Assembly (NCBI GenBank): GCA_000934665.2
Contig: JYFJ02000861.1
Location: 1 to 64,000 of the forward strand
Length of the DNA stretch: 64,000 nt
Direction of reading: 5' to 3'
Origin: Catajapyx aquilonaris
Lineage: Eukaryota
Below, piece by piece: positions 60,825 through 64,000 of this stretch (the stretch's first letter is position 1; each line of letters starts with the position of its first letter). The notes below the pieces were generated by a model that made no database searches, had not been told where the DNA came from, and saw nothing but the letters and a program-made list of their open reading frames with translations. The translations under genes and the position numbers were made by a program.

Positions 60825-63800
60825 ACTGATGAACTGAAATGACCAACCATATAATATTAAGCATGCATGGCAGATTCACAAACGAATATTCTGTGGCACT
60901 GTAGACAGCGAGGGAATATTGCTTTTTTTTCTGTTGGTATATCCATGCAGCGTACCCGTATATTGTAGTTGGAAATGAAGTCGGATGTTCTTTACGGTCG
61001 TGTTATCATAACAAGCGCTTTGTGAACGCCATTACACATGGAAGGTACTGGTTTTAAACCGATATCAAAGGGATGATCAAATGAGATAGATATTTGAAAT
61101 CTGCGCTGGGGCTATAGGGAAGCGTTAAGTAATGAATATGGAACTCAGGATCGATTTGCCCGTGAACCCAAACCTGCTGGTAATTTCAGAGCGTACTGTA
61201 CTTTGACCCAGACATCGTGACCGGCGGGACAGGACTAACCCTGCTGTATCGCACAAGCCAGAAAACCAGCTGCCCTTCCGTGTCTGGGTGAATTGATTCC
61301 AGACCTAAGACATTATTCTGGAGACGGCCGAACATAGTCAACACCGGCGTGACTAGCCCTGCCTTCTTGTATATGCATGGGGTCAATCCCTAAGGGAGAC
61401 TTTAACGGGAATTCTCGTTACACCCGATTCACTTTCCCTCCAGACCCTTCTGTCCAAAGAAACGGCAAACAAAGAACGCTTGTATATCGAGGTCGGCGAG
61501 GTCACCGTGTCCTTTCATGAACTGGTGATGGGATTTCATTCATAAACTGCGCAGTTTCTTTTCCGCGGTGTCTGCGCGTGTTTTTATCCCCTTAATTATC
61601 TCACGCAATGGTCAACACGATCCTAAGATCACTTTTGGTCACCATCTCCGGTCGAAAACGTGGACTGCTAGTTAGTACAATGCATGCTTCGAGAGCGATT
61701 CTCAAGAGGCCTGTCCGTCAGCCTTGAGGAGATGAATAGTTTATTCTTAACGAGTCCTTTTTACCTGAGTAATGGTTGTATTCAGAATTTATGCAAGCAA
61801 GGCTCTCGCAAGACACACTTTATGGTCAGTTTGATGTCTTCATGTTTCTTTCTTTAATGCTATCTCCTCAAGGCTGTTACACATTTGCGGATAACGGACT
61901 GGCAGAGAATGCTTCCCTTATTTGAACATGACGTGCTTTTATCAACGATGTGTCACGTACGGTATGACGACAACACTACGATCATCATTTCCTTCTGCCT
62001 GCTTCAAAAAAAAAAACATCCATTAGCCGCAGTAACAGACGGTTCAAAACAACAGATTAGGTGCGAATGGTATTTTGCAACCCGCGACGGCACCTTTCAA
62101 AGTCATTTAAAGCCGCTTACTCTCTCGCTCCAAACAAGTTTAGCGCTAAAGACATTTAGCGCCATTGTAAGGCCTGTAACCAATGGCGGCTAATGCGATT
62201 ACCCAACAGGTTCCCGTGTCTTTGATGTGGCCTGACATTGACCCTCCCAGAACTAAACTTCCCAACTAGTTTCAGAATCCCGTCCAGGATAACCTAGAAT
62301 AATTAAGTCCCACGACCATAAATCATTACCGCAGCCTATGATATTTTTGGCCCAAAATGTCACCACCCTGCAAGCTGATGCGGTAATACTTCCGTGATTT
62401 AGGCCCATTATGAGCAGCTTTAGAGTGAATCCCAGCCGTTTTCACCGAGTGGTAAAAGGAGACTATATACGGGCGCAATAAAGAATTTCATGCCAGCTGC
62501 TAATTCCCTAATAAATGCTGCATTATATATCACTGATTCAATTATTTTTAGCTGGCAATAGCATGTCTTATGCAGCAGTGACATGGGCGTGTCTAGCCCA
62601 AAATTGCAATCTAGAGTTAGAAGGGAAAAGCCGGCCAGACCTGTCTTTCACGCCCTTCAAGGCTCATGAAAACATTTCCGGCCACCAAATCCGGAGCGGG
62701 ATGGCAAAGGGACCAGAAACAGGTCCTGGTCCGCCTTCTGAATAATGCGTCGTCATATACGTGAGAACCTCCTTTTGCCCCACTAACTTGCAATTTAGGC
62801 AGGAGGGTAGGCTAATAATTTAAATTGCGTTTAGAAGGGGTGGGGGGGGGGCGATGACGGTCTTCCTTGTCACAGTGTGCTCACCATGCCGGGGAAATTG
62901 TACTGTACATGGAAAAGGATGAAAAAGCGCGTGACTTGCCTGCTGCTTCCGTAAGCCCCTGATAGAAGCCGTATGACACCTGACGTGTGACTACACGGTT
63001 TTGAGGGTGCAAATTTTTGCGCAATGTGGGTCTTGTCTACATGACAAATTGGCTGACGGGCCAGGATTTGTTCTGGTTTGTGTGCTGTGCCGGATTAATA
63101 TATTTCACTGCTGGGTGTGCACTGATAAGTTTGCTATTGTGCTATAAGAGCGGCGGCCTACCTGGGTAGTCACTTGTGTGGACTAATGATGCGAAATGAC
63201 AGGCACATCAAAATGGGGGAATTAATATCTGCCTAAATTCCCAGCACGACATCAGGGGTGTTTGCCAATATCCGAACTTTCACCAAAAATGCACCTGCTG
63301 CAAGGCTGAAATAGGCCGTGCTTAGACATGGATTAATTTCAGCCAGCAAAACTGTGACGTAATTAGAGGGTGTCCGTAGAAGGAGAAACAACGGTTTTTG
63401 ATGTCACACGGATTCACGGTCAGCCGGTGGAATAAAGAAAGCGCAAATGGTGTCATTTTCGTCGTAAAGTTGCTTCAAAATTATTACCACCGTACTTTGG
63501 CGAGGGTTTCGCAAAATTGTAATATCAATTTGTGTGTTTGTCCAGGTATATGGCAGGTATTTGGCCTATCCGGTACAATACAACTACAAGGAAGTGTGGT
63601 CATCCGACATGCGCTTTTACGGCCCCGCTGTGCACACTTGCAGACTTTTAGGACTTGAACAGTGGAATCGGGGGGTAATCTTGGAATTGCCTAATAAATT
63701 CTAGCCAGCCTTTTCAGCATGGCATAGGCGAGTTAGGGAAAGGATCACGACTGCCCAGAGGCTTGTAGGAAGTGGCAGCCATGCTCTTTTACCTGAGCAA

Positions 63801-64000
63801 CAGATGTTGGAAGCCGGCAAATGAAAACGGTCCCGTTACATCAGCGGAGCACTAACTAACCAACAAATCCGCCTTTTTTTTGTCTCTCCCGTCATCAATT
63901 TGAGCGTAATGGAGCTATTTTGCTGCCCTTTGTTGAGGGGGGCGGAGGAGGGCTCTTATAGGAGAAAGTCGTGAGGCCCTTCCCCATCCGTGACTAATGT

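Noticed and set aside
61190..61545. Possible further plus-strand whirlin exons (acceptors at 61189 and 61443)
   Set aside because: Short open frames with no whirlin-like or PDZ3 motif; cannot be supported without transcript data.

Overview
Eukaryotic, intron-rich arthropod-type genomic DNA; the PINCH protein carries the '[18 protein letters not shown]' insertion of Drosophila steamer duck rather than the vertebrate 'ARELKGELYC'. Three genes were reconstructed by hand from splice sites and reading phases. (1) The 5' part of V-ATPase subunit G (minus strand; coding exons 1412-1331 and 1189-1089; last exon not found in the window; missed by the ORF track). (2) Divergent from it, a complete 5-LIM PINCH/LIMS gene (plus strand, 3104-5725, 342 aa). 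(3) A large whirlin/dyschronic gene (plus strand, from 11836 to at least 59590), with PDZ1, PDZ2, a harmonin-N-like domain and a Pro/Ser-rich linker; PDZ3 was not found and is presumably beyond the window. The rest is intronic or intergenic: MITEs, two tRNA-derived SINEs, a fold-back inverted duplication, a compound microsatellite and many Tc1/mariner-type excision footprints. Top leads: the divergent V-ATPase G / whirlin linkage mirrors human ATP6V1G1-WHRN on 9q32; an unrecognised, codon-biased 67-aa ORF lies antisense inside a whirlin intron; a phase mismatch in whirlin requires hidden microexon(s); and CLEAR/M-box sites lie in the V-ATPase G introns. No prokaryotic-type system (CRISPR etc.) is present. 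All counts are by hand.
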